Shown: positions 17,032-25,426 of the stretch, piece after piece | Numbering within the stretch: position 1 is the stretch's first letter | How the letters are laid out: each line of letters starts with the position of its first letter | NCBI GenBank assembly: GCA_002780805.1 | Contig: PEUD01000002.1 | Span: 1 to 26,721 of the forward strand | From: Candidatus Omnitrophica bacterium CG02_land_8_20_14_3_00__42_8 | GTDB lineage: Bacteria > Omnitrophota > Gorgyraeia > Gorgyraeales > Gorgyraeaceae | Length of the DNA: 26,721 nt | Direction of reading: 5' to 3' | Position numbers and translations under genes: made by a program | The notes under the pieces: model-generated | Databases searched by the model: none | What the model was told of the DNA's origin: nothing | What the model saw: only the letters and a program-made list of their open reading frames with translations

Positions 17032-18481
17032 GTAACGACCTGTATAAATCCCGCACTAATTTTATTGCTACGCCGCGAAACTGCGTAGCAAGCATTTTAA
17101 AAAGCCTTATTGGATTATTAAGATTATACTTGATGAAATAAAACAGGTTTATAGGCAGCACGGTTGATATCCTTGCTTTCATATACAGCCTTTCGAATCT
17201 TTTATGAGGCATGTCGGCATAATTAAAATTGAAGCCCTCAGGATCTCCTATGACGTCCCAGCTTGGAACCTGCATGCTTTTTTCCTTTAGCATCTTATAA
17301 ACCGAAGTCCCGGGCAAAGGCATAAACAGATTAAGGCTTATTGTGTTAGGGCGGACTTTCCATAAAAATTTTAACGTTTTATTGAAGTCTTCTTCTGTCT
17401 CCCCGGGGTAACCCGTAATAATATTGCCCTGAAATCTTAAGCCTGAGCTTCTGGTAATCCTAGCTGCCTGTATATTTTTCTCAACCTTAACATTTTTTCC
17501 CATTAGATCCAGTATTCTCTGCGATCCGGATTCAAAGCCGTATTCAACCTGCACGCATCCGGAATCCTTCATCATATCCAGCAATTCCCTGTCAACAATA
17601 TTAGTCCTTAACTGGGCAAACCATTTGATCTTTTTATTAAACTTGTTCTCCTTGAACAGCTCCATAAATTTTTGCGCGCGCGCCTTATCACTCAGAAACA
17701 TATCCTCCGCAAAATAAAGGCCTTCTATGGCATACATATCTATAAGCGTTCTTATTTCCTGCATAACGCGCTGGGGTGAATGAAAACGGACTTTTCTGCC
17801 GTAAAATAAAGGCCCTGCGCAGAAATTGCACTGGTAAGGGCACCCCCTGGCAGTAAATATGGATGTAGAGCGCAGGTTAAGGTTTCTGCTTATATACCTG
17901 CTTGGCCTGGTATAAAACTTCATATCCAATAAATGCCTTGCAGGCAAAGGCAGAGAATCCATGTCCTGAAATAGCGGCCTGTCTGCGTTACTGAATATCT
18001 GCCCTTTATCTCTGTAGGTTAACCCCGATATCAGATCAAAAGGCATGCCGCTTGCCAGATCAAGCATTGTAAATTCGCCTTCGCCTCTTACAACCCCATC
18101 AATATAATCGCAATCCTTCAATGTTGATTCAGGCTCTGCTGTAACATGCGGCCCGCCTGTAATTACTATTCTTTTCGGGTTATGCGATTTTACTATTTTG
18201 GCAACATAAAAAACATCCGATATTGTAGGAGTCGTGCCGCCTATACCAACAATATCCGAATTGATGCTTTCTATGGCTGCCTCTGTCTCTCTGTCAGCCC
18301 TGTCAAAATCCATGCTGTTTTTTCTAAGCAAGGCGTCTCTGTCAATTATATTGACCTTATGGCCGTTTTTTTCCAGGACTGCCGCAATATAAGCAAGGCC
18401 CAAAGGCGGCCAGTACTGCTTATTTTCATCTATAAGGCTTCTTGACCTTGATAATAAAGGGTATATTAAAGATACATTCAT
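17024..18481 (-). CDS. Cobalamin-binding domain radical SAM protein (class B) #2
   Basis: WPPLGLAYIAAVL, DIVGIGG, ITGGPHVT, VVRGEGE; TARGCPYQCNFC; YFAEDMF; YGFESGSQRIL; IITGYPGET; MPLPGT. Confidence 0.93.
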   Translation of the reverse strand: MNVSLIYPLLSRSRSLIDENKQYWPPLGLAYIAAVLEKNGHKVNIIDRDALLRKNSMDFDRADRETEAAIESINSDIVGIGGTTPTISDVFYVAKIVKSHNPKRIVITGGPHVTAEPESTLKDCDYIDGVVRGEGEFTMLDLASGMPFDLISGLTYRDKGQIFSNADRPLFQDMDSLPLPARHLLDMKFYTRPSRYISRNLNLRSTSIFTARGCPYQCNFCAGPLFYGRKVRFHSPQRVMQEIRTLIDMYAIEGLYFAEDMFLSDKARAQKFMELFKENKFNKKIKWFAQLRTNIVDRELLDMMKDSGCVQVEYGFESGSQRILDLMGKNVKVEKNIQAARITRSSGLRFQGNIITGYPGETEEDFNKTLKFLWKVRPNTISLNLFMPLPGTSVYKMLKEKSMQVPSWDVIGDPEGFNFNYADMPHKRFERLYMKARISTVLPINLFYFIKYNLNNPIRLFKMLATQFRGVAIKLVRDLYRSLHE

Positions 18482-19806
18482 TAAGGCGTTTTCTCTTTTC
18501 CTGTTTTAAAACTTAACCCTGCCCCTATTAATATAAAAATAAAGGGCAGGACCATTGACCTGTGCCTGAATAAAGTCCCTACGTTGCCTTCTATAAAAGC
18601 AAAAATCAGCATCATCACAAATATGTATGCAATTATTGCCCCGCCTTCTTTCATCTTATACTTCATAATAAAATACCATCCTGAAAACATGGCAGGCAGT
18701 AAAATATAATATAACAGCATTTCCGGCATAGCCATTATTTGAATCATGCTCGAGATCTCCCACGGAAAAGGAGCCAGCCATGCTATCAACAGCGCTATTG
18801 GTAAAAATACTCCCACATCCGCCGGATTTGTAAATTTCCAATTTTCAAGAAAAGCTGATCCGCCGTATGCCCTGTAACTGCGCATCTCAGATATCCAATC
18901 CAGCATCGAAAGGCTGCCAAAAGGCAGTATCTTTAGCAGGTACGCTTTCAGCACTGTAAAAAACATAAAAATTAGGAACAAAACCAGAATTATAAAAAAT
19001 ATGAATTCCGCCTTTCTGGTTTTCCACAGTGACAGTAAAAAAGACAGCGGAATTGAAATCGCGAAAAACGCAAAAAATAACAGCGATCTGAATTCCTTTA
19101 CGGCAAAGCTAAACGCTATAAACAAGGCAATCAGGTAAAATCTGAACTGTATTTTTAACTGCAGCGCGCTCCATATTAAAACAACAATCAAAAATACGGA
19201 GATGGGTTCTTTAAGATTTTGCACAGACCAGAAAAATAAGGACGGCCAAAATGCCGTTAAAACAGAGGCATACCTTGCGGCCTTTTTGCTGAAAACCTGC
19301 TCTGTTATGAAAAACACAATTACAGCCGTAAGGGAACCTGCCAAACAGTTGATAAGTATCAAAGACATGGGATTCACGCCTGCAAAATAGTAAACTATGG
19401 CATTCCAGAAATCATAACTGCCCACTGTTCCGCTGGCATTAGAAATATCGCTTATTAAATAATTACTGATATAGTCAATATCGTGTATTCCTATTAACCA
19501 CATCCGCAGTATTTTGTAACCATTCTCGGCATAGGGCTGGCCGTCGCCTAATAAACCGTTTCCGTTTAATAAAAAAACAAAATTATACAATAAAAAAGCT
19601 GCTATTATTCTGGTTAAAAATGCCATGATAAAAACGCCTGACAAAAAAATGTAATCTTTCAATTTTTCCTGTTTATGCATGGATAAAAATACGCCTATAA
19701 AAAATCCAAAAATTATAATAAAAACAGGGAAAATATAAGGCCACGGCAAACACATTAAAGCAGCCGATATCACGGCAATAATAAGGAAAACAAGATTTTT
19801 ATTCAT
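18481..19806 (-). CDS. Polytopic membrane protein, putative GT-C fold polysaccharide polymerase/transferase (Wzy-like)
   Basis: About 11-12 hydrophobic segments; loop GDGQPY, WSVQNLKEP, WLAPFPW, GNVGTLFRHRSMVLPF. The pattern resembles GT-C/Wzy-type proteins of glycan loci; the exact family was not resolved by eye. Confidence 0.6.
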   Translation of the reverse strand: MNKNLVFLIIAVISAALMCLPWPYIFPVFIIIFGFFIGVFLSMHKQEKLKDYIFLSGVFIMAFLTRIIAAFLLYNFVFLLNGNGLLGDGQPYAENGYKILRMWLIGIHDIDYISNYLISDISNASGTVGSYDFWNAIVYYFAGVNPMSLILINCLAGSLTAVIVFFITEQVFSKKAARYASVLTAFWPSLFFWSVQNLKEPISVFLIVVLIWSALQLKIQFRFYLIALFIAFSFAVKEFRSLLFFAFFAISIPLSFLLSLWKTRKAEFIFFIILVLFLIFMFFTVLKAYLLKILPFGSLSMLDWISEMRSYRAYGGSAFLENWKFTNPADVGVFLPIALLIAWLAPFPWEISSMIQIMAMPEMLLYYILLPAMFSGWYFIMKYKMKEGGAIIAYIFVMMLIFAFIEGNVGTLFRHRSMVLPFIFILIGAGLSFKTGKEKTP

Positions 19807-19810
19807 TTTT

Positions 19811-22129
19811 CTAGAAATATCTGTGTTTTATAAAATCTAAATAACAAGCCAAGTAATCAAATTTTTCACTACAATAAAGGCATGGCTGACCAATTTTTTT
19901 GAACCGCTTATTAATAATATCGTCCATTATTTGGCGCCTTTTTTCGGATTTCCACAGATCGTAAATTGAATTCTTTAATACATTTCCGTATGTCAATCTT
20001 GTGTTATAATCCAAACAGCAGATATAAACATCACCTTCTGTTGATATAAACATCTTGTCAAAAAAGGCCTCCCCAAGAATACCTGAAGGGCAGCTTATGC
20101 GCCTCTTTTCTTTTGCCTGGTTGTTCCAGCTGTAAAACCATATGATTTCGTCGATACAATCATAGGCCGATAGAAAATCCTTCCAATATTGAATAACCTG
20201 AGGGGAATCGTACGGCGCGTTAATTTTTTTATTTTTTCTTAAATTCATATATCTTTTCGGAGAAAGTATTTCTATGCATACCTGGCAGCTGCTGCCTGCT
20301 TTATTCCTTGCAGATATAAAATCGTGCAGATTTACCTTTACCTTGTTGAAATTAAGCCCGGGCTTACTGTGCCTGTATGTCTCTTCTGAGGCGCCGTCTA
20401 TATTCAGGGTCAGCTTTGACAGGTTGTGCTTAATCAGGAATTCTGAAACATCCCTGTCTACATTCATCATATTGGTATAAAGCACAAGCTTTGCCAAAGG
20501 CAGCCTCTCGCGCGTATATTCAATAATATTTTTAAAATCCGGGTTTAGCAGCGCGTCCCCGTTTTCTCCGAAATTAATGCTGCCTGAAAATTCGTGGCCT
20601 GCCAACTCATCAACCACCTTCTTTACAACTCTCATTGGCATAAATCTTTCCTTACCTGATAAATCTTTTTTATACGGCACAGGGCAAAAAATGCAGTTAG
20701 CCTGGCATTCCCTGCTAAGCATGAAACCGATAAACTTAAACGGCAGATTCATCTTCCTGTTGTATATGCGCTTATTTGACAGCATTAATGCCGGCTCCCA
20801 TGACTTGGCGATACTTTTAATAACATGGTATTTTTTACTGCCCTTCAGCTCGCATTCATAAAACTTCATAAATTGACTGATAATCCTGGCCGGGTTTAAA
20901 ATGTTTACGCCTACTGCTGAAAAAATCAAAATCAAAGGCATAATCGGAACCTGGTACCTCACCTCTCCAAAAAATATCGTATGTATGCCCGCAACATAAA
21001 AAATAGGCAAAAGAACAGGAAGCAGGGTCTTCAGCTTGGCGCGCGATACAAACATCCCCACACCTGCCAGCGCCAGCAAAAACAGGCTTATAATCAAAAG
21101 CAGAATCTTTACTGCCAATACCCCAAACTCTTTTTTTGAAATTACTCCGGCAAAACTGTCCCTGGTCATATAAAATGCGCTTGAATAGCTGCCTATTAAA
21201 AACCTGCCCAGATGTTCCGCGCACAATCGCATATATATAAAAGGGTGTTGGCTTACATTTCTTAACCCCTCTTTAAAAAGCGCCTTATCCAAAAATATAT
21301 GGGATTCGGCTTTATTTAGGTCTAAATCCTTTACCAGGCTTTTAACCGGTTCATATTCTGACAGATTATCCCATTCCAGAAAACGGGCAGGATGGGAATC
21401 TTTCCAAAAAGTGCTGCCTGTGCCTGTAGCCACAGGCACAACTGATTTAAATCTGAAGTGGTTACGCATTGTCCAGGGAAAGATAACCAAAACCGCAGCT
21501 ATGGCGGCTATTAAACTATACAGGCCTATCTTTTTCTTATAACGGTAAGCCAGCGCCAAAAGAAGAGGAAAAATAACTACCAACAGCAGCATTTCCTGGC
21601 GGCACAAAACCAGCAGCCCGAGAAATATGCCGAACAAAATGTAAAAAATCAACGCATCTTTGCGCAAGGCAGTAACCAGAAAATAAAGCGCCGTTAAAAC
21701 CAGAAAACCGGAGATTGTTTCGGTTAAAATAAGGCCGCTGTAAAAAATGAGCGCCGGGTGCAAAACCGATAACACCGATGCGCGCAATGCGATTTTATGA
21801 TCTATTAACTGCTTCGTTATTACATATATCAAAATACAGCAGAAAGCGCCTATAATCGCCTGAAAAATCCTTATAATAAGATAGTTATGACCGAAGGAAT
21901 AATAAAAAAAAGCCAACGTAAACGGGTACAGCGGCGGCCTGTGCGCAGTCAAAGACCCGTCCGGATGGGAAAAACCCTTTCCGTCGGCAATCTGGCTAGC
22001 CAGATTATCATAATCTATGGCATCGGTTGTTATGGGAACCTGGGGCAGATATATTACATACCCAAGGCGCAGTATCAACGCCGCTAAAAATATTAAAAAT
22101 AAAAGATTTCTGGGTTTAATGTTTGACAT
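19811..22129 (-). CDS. Fusion: ArnT/PMT-like GT-C (GT39/GT83-type) membrane glycosyltransferase + C-terminal radical SAM domain with SPASM/twitch extension
   Basis: N-terminal: TDAIDYDNLA, AHRPPLYPF, LILTETIS, PWTMRNH, EVRYQVPIMP with many TM helices. C-terminal: RECQANCIFCP (CxxxCxxC, 20684-20707), LTLNIDG, C...EGDVYICCLD...GNV...IYDLW...CLYC. One uninterrupted frame. Start placed at ATG 22129 (AAGGA RBS) rather than TTG 22153. Confidence 0.87.
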   Translation of the reverse strand: MSNIKPRNLLFLIFLAALILRLGYVIYLPQVPITTDAIDYDNLASQIADGKGFSHPDGSLTAHRPPLYPFTLAFFYYSFGHNYLIIRIFQAIIGAFCCILIYVITKQLIDHKIALRASVLSVLHPALIFYSGLILTETISGFLVLTALYFLVTALRKDALIFYILFGIFLGLLVLCRQEMLLLVVIFPLLLALAYRYKKKIGLYSLIAAIAAVLVIFPWTMRNHFRFKSVVPVATGTGSTFWKDSHPARFLEWDNLSEYEPVKSLVKDLDLNKAESHIFLDKALFKEGLRNVSQHPFIYMRLCAEHLGRFLIGSYSSAFYMTRDSFAGVISKKEFGVLAVKILLLIISLFLLALAGVGMFVSRAKLKTLLPVLLPIFYVAGIHTIFFGEVRYQVPIMPLILIFSAVGVNILNPARIISQFMKFYECELKGSKKYHVIKSIAKSWEPALMLSNKRIYNRKMNLPFKFIGFMLSRECQANCIFCPVPYKKDLSGKERFMPMRVVKKVVDELAGHEFSGSINFGENGDALLNPDFKNIIEYTRERLPLAKLVLYTNMMNVDRDVSEFLIKHNLSKLTLNIDGASEETYRHSKPGLNFNKVKVNLHDFISARNKAGSSCQVCIEILSPKRYMNLRKNKKINAPYDSPQVIQYWKDFLSAYDCIDEIIWFYSWNNQAKEKRRISCPSGILGEAFFDKMFISTEGDVYICCLDYNTRLTYGNVLKNSIYDLWKSEKRRQIMDDIINKRFKKIGQPCLYCSEKFDYLACYLDFIKHRYF

Positions 22130-22997
22130 ATTTCCTTTTATTACTTGCAACAACCAGAATATTGGCTGATAAAATATCCCGTAAAAACGGAATTTTCAAG
22201 ATCGCGGACTCAAAAGAAACCCGCAAAAAATTCAATCTGCTGATAAACCTGTTGCCGAAAGGAAGATAAAATTCGTCATTTTTGTAAAAAAAGTTTATTT
22301 TGCGAAACCCGATATCCCGGCACAATTTTCTTGCTTGAAAAGGCGTAATCTCGCCGATATGGCTTGCGGTCAAAAAAACAGTTTCCATAGATACTTTGTC
22401 ATTAAAAAATATCTTCCTTAATGCCTCGTTAAGCTTCTGATTTATAACAAAAATTTTATTCGGCGTGTATGCTACAAATACCCCTGCCTGCTTTAATACA
22501 TAACCAATTCCCTGCCTTATGCTTTTCTTCTGATTTTTGGTCAAATGCTCTAAAAAATCGGCTGATATAATTTTATCAAAAGAACCTTCCCTGAAAGGCA
22601 ATGACGCGGCATCGGCGCATACAAAATACCTGCGCCCGTTTGAACTATCCGGAAATTGTTGATTTATTTTTTTTGCCACCTTAAGCGACTCCAGCGAATA
22701 ATCAAGCCCTATACATAAACCGGTATGCTTTGCGCAGTTAAAAGTAAACGTCCCTATGCCGCACCCTAAGTCCAGAACGCGCTCTCCTTTTTTAAGGACT
22801 GCGGCAGCGAGAATCCTGTCTACCCTGTGCCTGGAACATTCTCCGTCAGATGCATAATAATCAGCTATTTGTTTTTCTATAGGTATACACAAAGCCACTT
22901 TATCATGAAATGTCTTGTTAAAAATATCAGCAGGTATAGTATCGCGCCTATCATACAGATCTTTCAACATCCAGGCTATATCCTTATTTGTCTGCAT
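22116..22997 (-). CDS. Class I SAM-dependent methyltransferase (Methyltransf_11/25-like)
   Basis: RVLDLGCGIGTF, IGLDYS, CADAASLPFREGSFDKIISADFLEHL, YTPN; AAGGA RBS at 23003-23007. Confidence 0.9.
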   Translation of the reverse strand: MQTNKDIAWMLKDLYDRRDTIPADIFNKTFHDKVALCIPIEKQIADYYASDGECSRHRVDRILAAAVLKKGERVLDLGCGIGTFTFNCAKHTGLCIGLDYSLESLKVAKKINQQFPDSSNGRRYFVCADAASLPFREGSFDKIISADFLEHLTKNQKKSIRQGIGYVLKQAGVFVAYTPNKIFVINQKLNEALRKIFFNDKVSMETVFLTASHIGEITPFQARKLCRDIGFRKINFFYKNDEFYLPFGNRFISRLNFLRVSFESAILKIPFLRDILSANILVVASNKRKYVKH

Positions 22998-24081
22998 TTT
23001 TGTCCTTAAGACCTATCAGGCTTATAAAAAACGACGCCATCACTACCTGTATGCCAAACACCATCAATATAAAGCTGGATAGAAAAAGCTTGGCATCGGC
23101 ATATTCATATGCCTTGCTAAAATTCAAGCCTATCCCTGCCGCAAACAACAGAAAACCCAGCAGGATTCCCTGCTCTAATTTACAATATCTGTAAAACCGC
23201 TTAAAAAACGCTGTCTTAAGCGTATAGCCCTCTGTAAAGGAATATTCGCTGGCAAAAAGCCATAAAATCAATATCTGAAATCCCAAAATTATCCCCAGGC
23301 CACCCAGGCTTATCAATTTAAAATTGTCGCTTAACCCAAAAATGGAAACGCCTAAAATAAAAAGCGCCAACCCAGGCAGCAAAAAAAGATAATTGGGACA
23401 GAATAAAAGTATAAACCTCAAGCTGCGCCACCCGTCAAGAAAAGTCCTTAGCTTGGATTCGCCCTGCCTGGCATCCAGGGTAATGGGTATTTCCGCGCGT
23501 TTTAAATTAAGTAAAGATGACTTTATGACCAGCTCCAGGCAAAATTCCATACCTCTGCTTAAGGGATTAATTTTTTTATAAGCCTCTTTTGTAAACGCCT
23601 TAAAACCGCAATATACATCGGAAAAACGCGCTTTAAACACAAAACCTATAAGCCATGTCAGCCCCGGGTTGCCTATATACTGATGCAGCCACGGCATAGC
23701 GCCTTTTGCTATATGCCCCTTAAACCGGCTGCCGCTTACAAATTCAAACCCGTTGCGCAGCTTTTCTACGAATTTTCCGATTTCCGAAAAATTATAGGTA
23801 TCATCAGAATCGCCTATTATTATAAATTTGCCTTTTGCCTCTTCTATACCCTTCAGGTATGCGCTGCCATACCCTTTTATCGGCTGATTAACTATTCTGG
23901 CGCCTTCCTTCCTGGCCATCTCAATAGAATTATCGCTTGACCCATTATCAGCAACAATAACCTCTCCGCTGATCCCAAGCTTTTCCAGGGCCTGACTTGC
24001 CTTCCTGACGCATATGCCTACGGTTTTCTCTTCATTTAAACACGGCATCACCACCGATACTTCAATGTTATTTTGTTCCAT
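22984..24081 (-). CDS. GT2 glycosyltransferase, DPM1/ArnC/GtrB-like, with C-terminal transmembrane helices
   Basis: VSVVMPCLNEE, VADNGSSD, GYGSAY, IGDSDDTY, VSGSRF, DVYCGFKAF, GMEFCLE, KLRTFLDGWRSLRFILL, then about 4 hydrophobic segments; GAGGGG RBS at 24090-24095. Confidence 0.92.
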   Translation of the reverse strand: MEQNNIEVSVVMPCLNEEKTVGICVRKASQALEKLGISGEVIVADNGSSDNSIEMARKEGARIVNQPIKGYGSAYLKGIEEAKGKFIIIGDSDDTYNFSEIGKFVEKLRNGFEFVSGSRFKGHIAKGAMPWLHQYIGNPGLTWLIGFVFKARFSDVYCGFKAFTKEAYKKINPLSRGMEFCLELVIKSSLLNLKRAEIPITLDARQGESKLRTFLDGWRSLRFILLFCPNYLFLLPGLALFILGVSIFGLSDNFKLISLGGLGIILGFQILILWLFASEYSFTEGYTLKTAFFKRFYRYCKLEQGILLGFLLFAAGIGLNFSKAYEYADAKLFLSSFILMVFGIQVVMASFFISLIGLKDKNADK

Positions 24082-24082
24082 T

Positions 24083-25420
24083 TTATTTTCCCCTCGCTTG
24101 CAGTATTATTGCCAGTTTTTCCCTGATGCGCTGTATAAATCTTCTCATCTCAAGCATCCTGTAAAATTTGCGGTGCATGCTCCTAAGCTGTGCGCGCGAA
24201 AGGCGCTCTGATAATATTATGGCTTTTTCAAAGTTTTCCCTGAAATCCATCTTAAGGCACGACCAGTCCATTTCGTCTGAAACCAGGCCTCTTTTTTTGG
24301 CATAATCCCAGATAGGCGTCCCCGGAAATGGTGTCAGCACATAGACATCGGCATAATGCAGCTTATTTTTCTTTATAAAATTATACGTATCCATCATCGC
24401 GCGTTTTGTCTCAGTAGGATGGCCTATTACAAAACTGCCCACAACGCGTATGCCGGCGTTATTACACAGCCTGACTGCCCGGCGGTTATTCTCTACGCTC
24501 ACAGTCGCGCCCTTTAAATATTTCAACGACTCCGGATTGCCTGATTCCAAACCGCAAGTCACAAACTTTATTCCCATTTCTTTAAGTGCTGACACAATGT
24601 CCTCAGTAAGCAAGTTTGTCCTTATTGAAGCGCCAAATTCTACTTTTTTATCCAGCCCCTTTGATTTTATAAGCTCTTTGATTTTAAAAACTCTTTTTTT
24701 ATCCGCAATAAACAAATCATCCATAAAAAATATCTCTTTAACAGGGTAATTTTTAACCAGTTCCTCTATTTCAGAAACAACATATTCTGCGGAAAAAAAT
24801 CTGACGCGGTTAAAAAAGCGCGTAGAAGCGCAAAATACACAGTCATAAGGGCAGCCGCGCGAACTAAACACATAGGTTGTAGGCCCAATATCCATAAGAT
24901 CCCTTGCAGGCATAGGCAGATCATCCAGATTATTAATCAAAGGCCTTGAGACAGTTTGAACCAAACGGCCTTTATCCCGGAATATAATACCTTTTACTCC
25001 TGATAATACATTAACAGGCAGATCGCGATTCTCAAAATAAAGCTTTACCAGGTCAAAAAATGTTTCCTCGCCTTCCCCGAGAACGCCAACATCTGCTTCT
25101 GACGGCAATAAGTGAGGCAGCGAAGAAATATGTATGCCGCCCATAATTACCTTACAGCCTTTTTCTTTTGCCAGACGCGCATGACTCATTGCCAAATTAA
25201 AATTCTGCGATATCGTTGATATTCCTACAATATCCGGCTTAAAAGAATCTATCTGGCTTTCAATATCCTCATCTATAATCCTGCACTCTATATTAAGCTG
25301 GCCTGCGTTTTTCCTTAAGAAGCTGACGATATAGCCCAACCCAAGCGACGGATATTTGCAGAGCTTCATCTGCTGCTGATAGTCAAATGTATTTATAAAT
25401 AGAATTTTAATCGGCATCAT
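24083..25420 (-). CDS. Cobalamin-binding domain radical SAM protein (class B) #3
   Basis: YPSLGLGYI, PDIVGIS, IMGGIHIS, GVLGEGE; SSRGCPYDCVFC; FFMDDLF; GLESGN; SFVIGHPTET; TPFPGTPIW. Confidence 0.93.
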   Translation of the reverse strand: MMPIKILFINTFDYQQQMKLCKYPSLGLGYIVSFLRKNAGQLNIECRIIDEDIESQIDSFKPDIVGISTISQNFNLAMSHARLAKEKGCKVIMGGIHISSLPHLLPSEADVGVLGEGEETFFDLVKLYFENRDLPVNVLSGVKGIIFRDKGRLVQTVSRPLINNLDDLPMPARDLMDIGPTTYVFSSRGCPYDCVFCASTRFFNRVRFFSAEYVVSEIEELVKNYPVKEIFFMDDLFIADKKRVFKIKELIKSKGLDKKVEFGASIRTNLLTEDIVSALKEMGIKFVTCGLESGNPESLKYLKGATVSVENNRRAVRLCNNAGIRVVGSFVIGHPTETKRAMMDTYNFIKKNKLHYADVYVLTPFPGTPIWDYAKKRGLVSDEMDWSCLKMDFRENFEKAIILSERLSRAQLRSMHRKFYRMLEMRRFIQRIREKLAIILQARGK

Positions 25421-25426
25421 AATGAA

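Noticed and set aside
20856-21224. Alternative-frame minus-strand ORF (122 aa) ending near the GT-C/radical SAM junction, considered as a sign of a frameshift
   Set aside because: The main frame carries the conserved GT-C motifs (EVRYQVPIMP) through this region; the alternative frame has no TM or family features.
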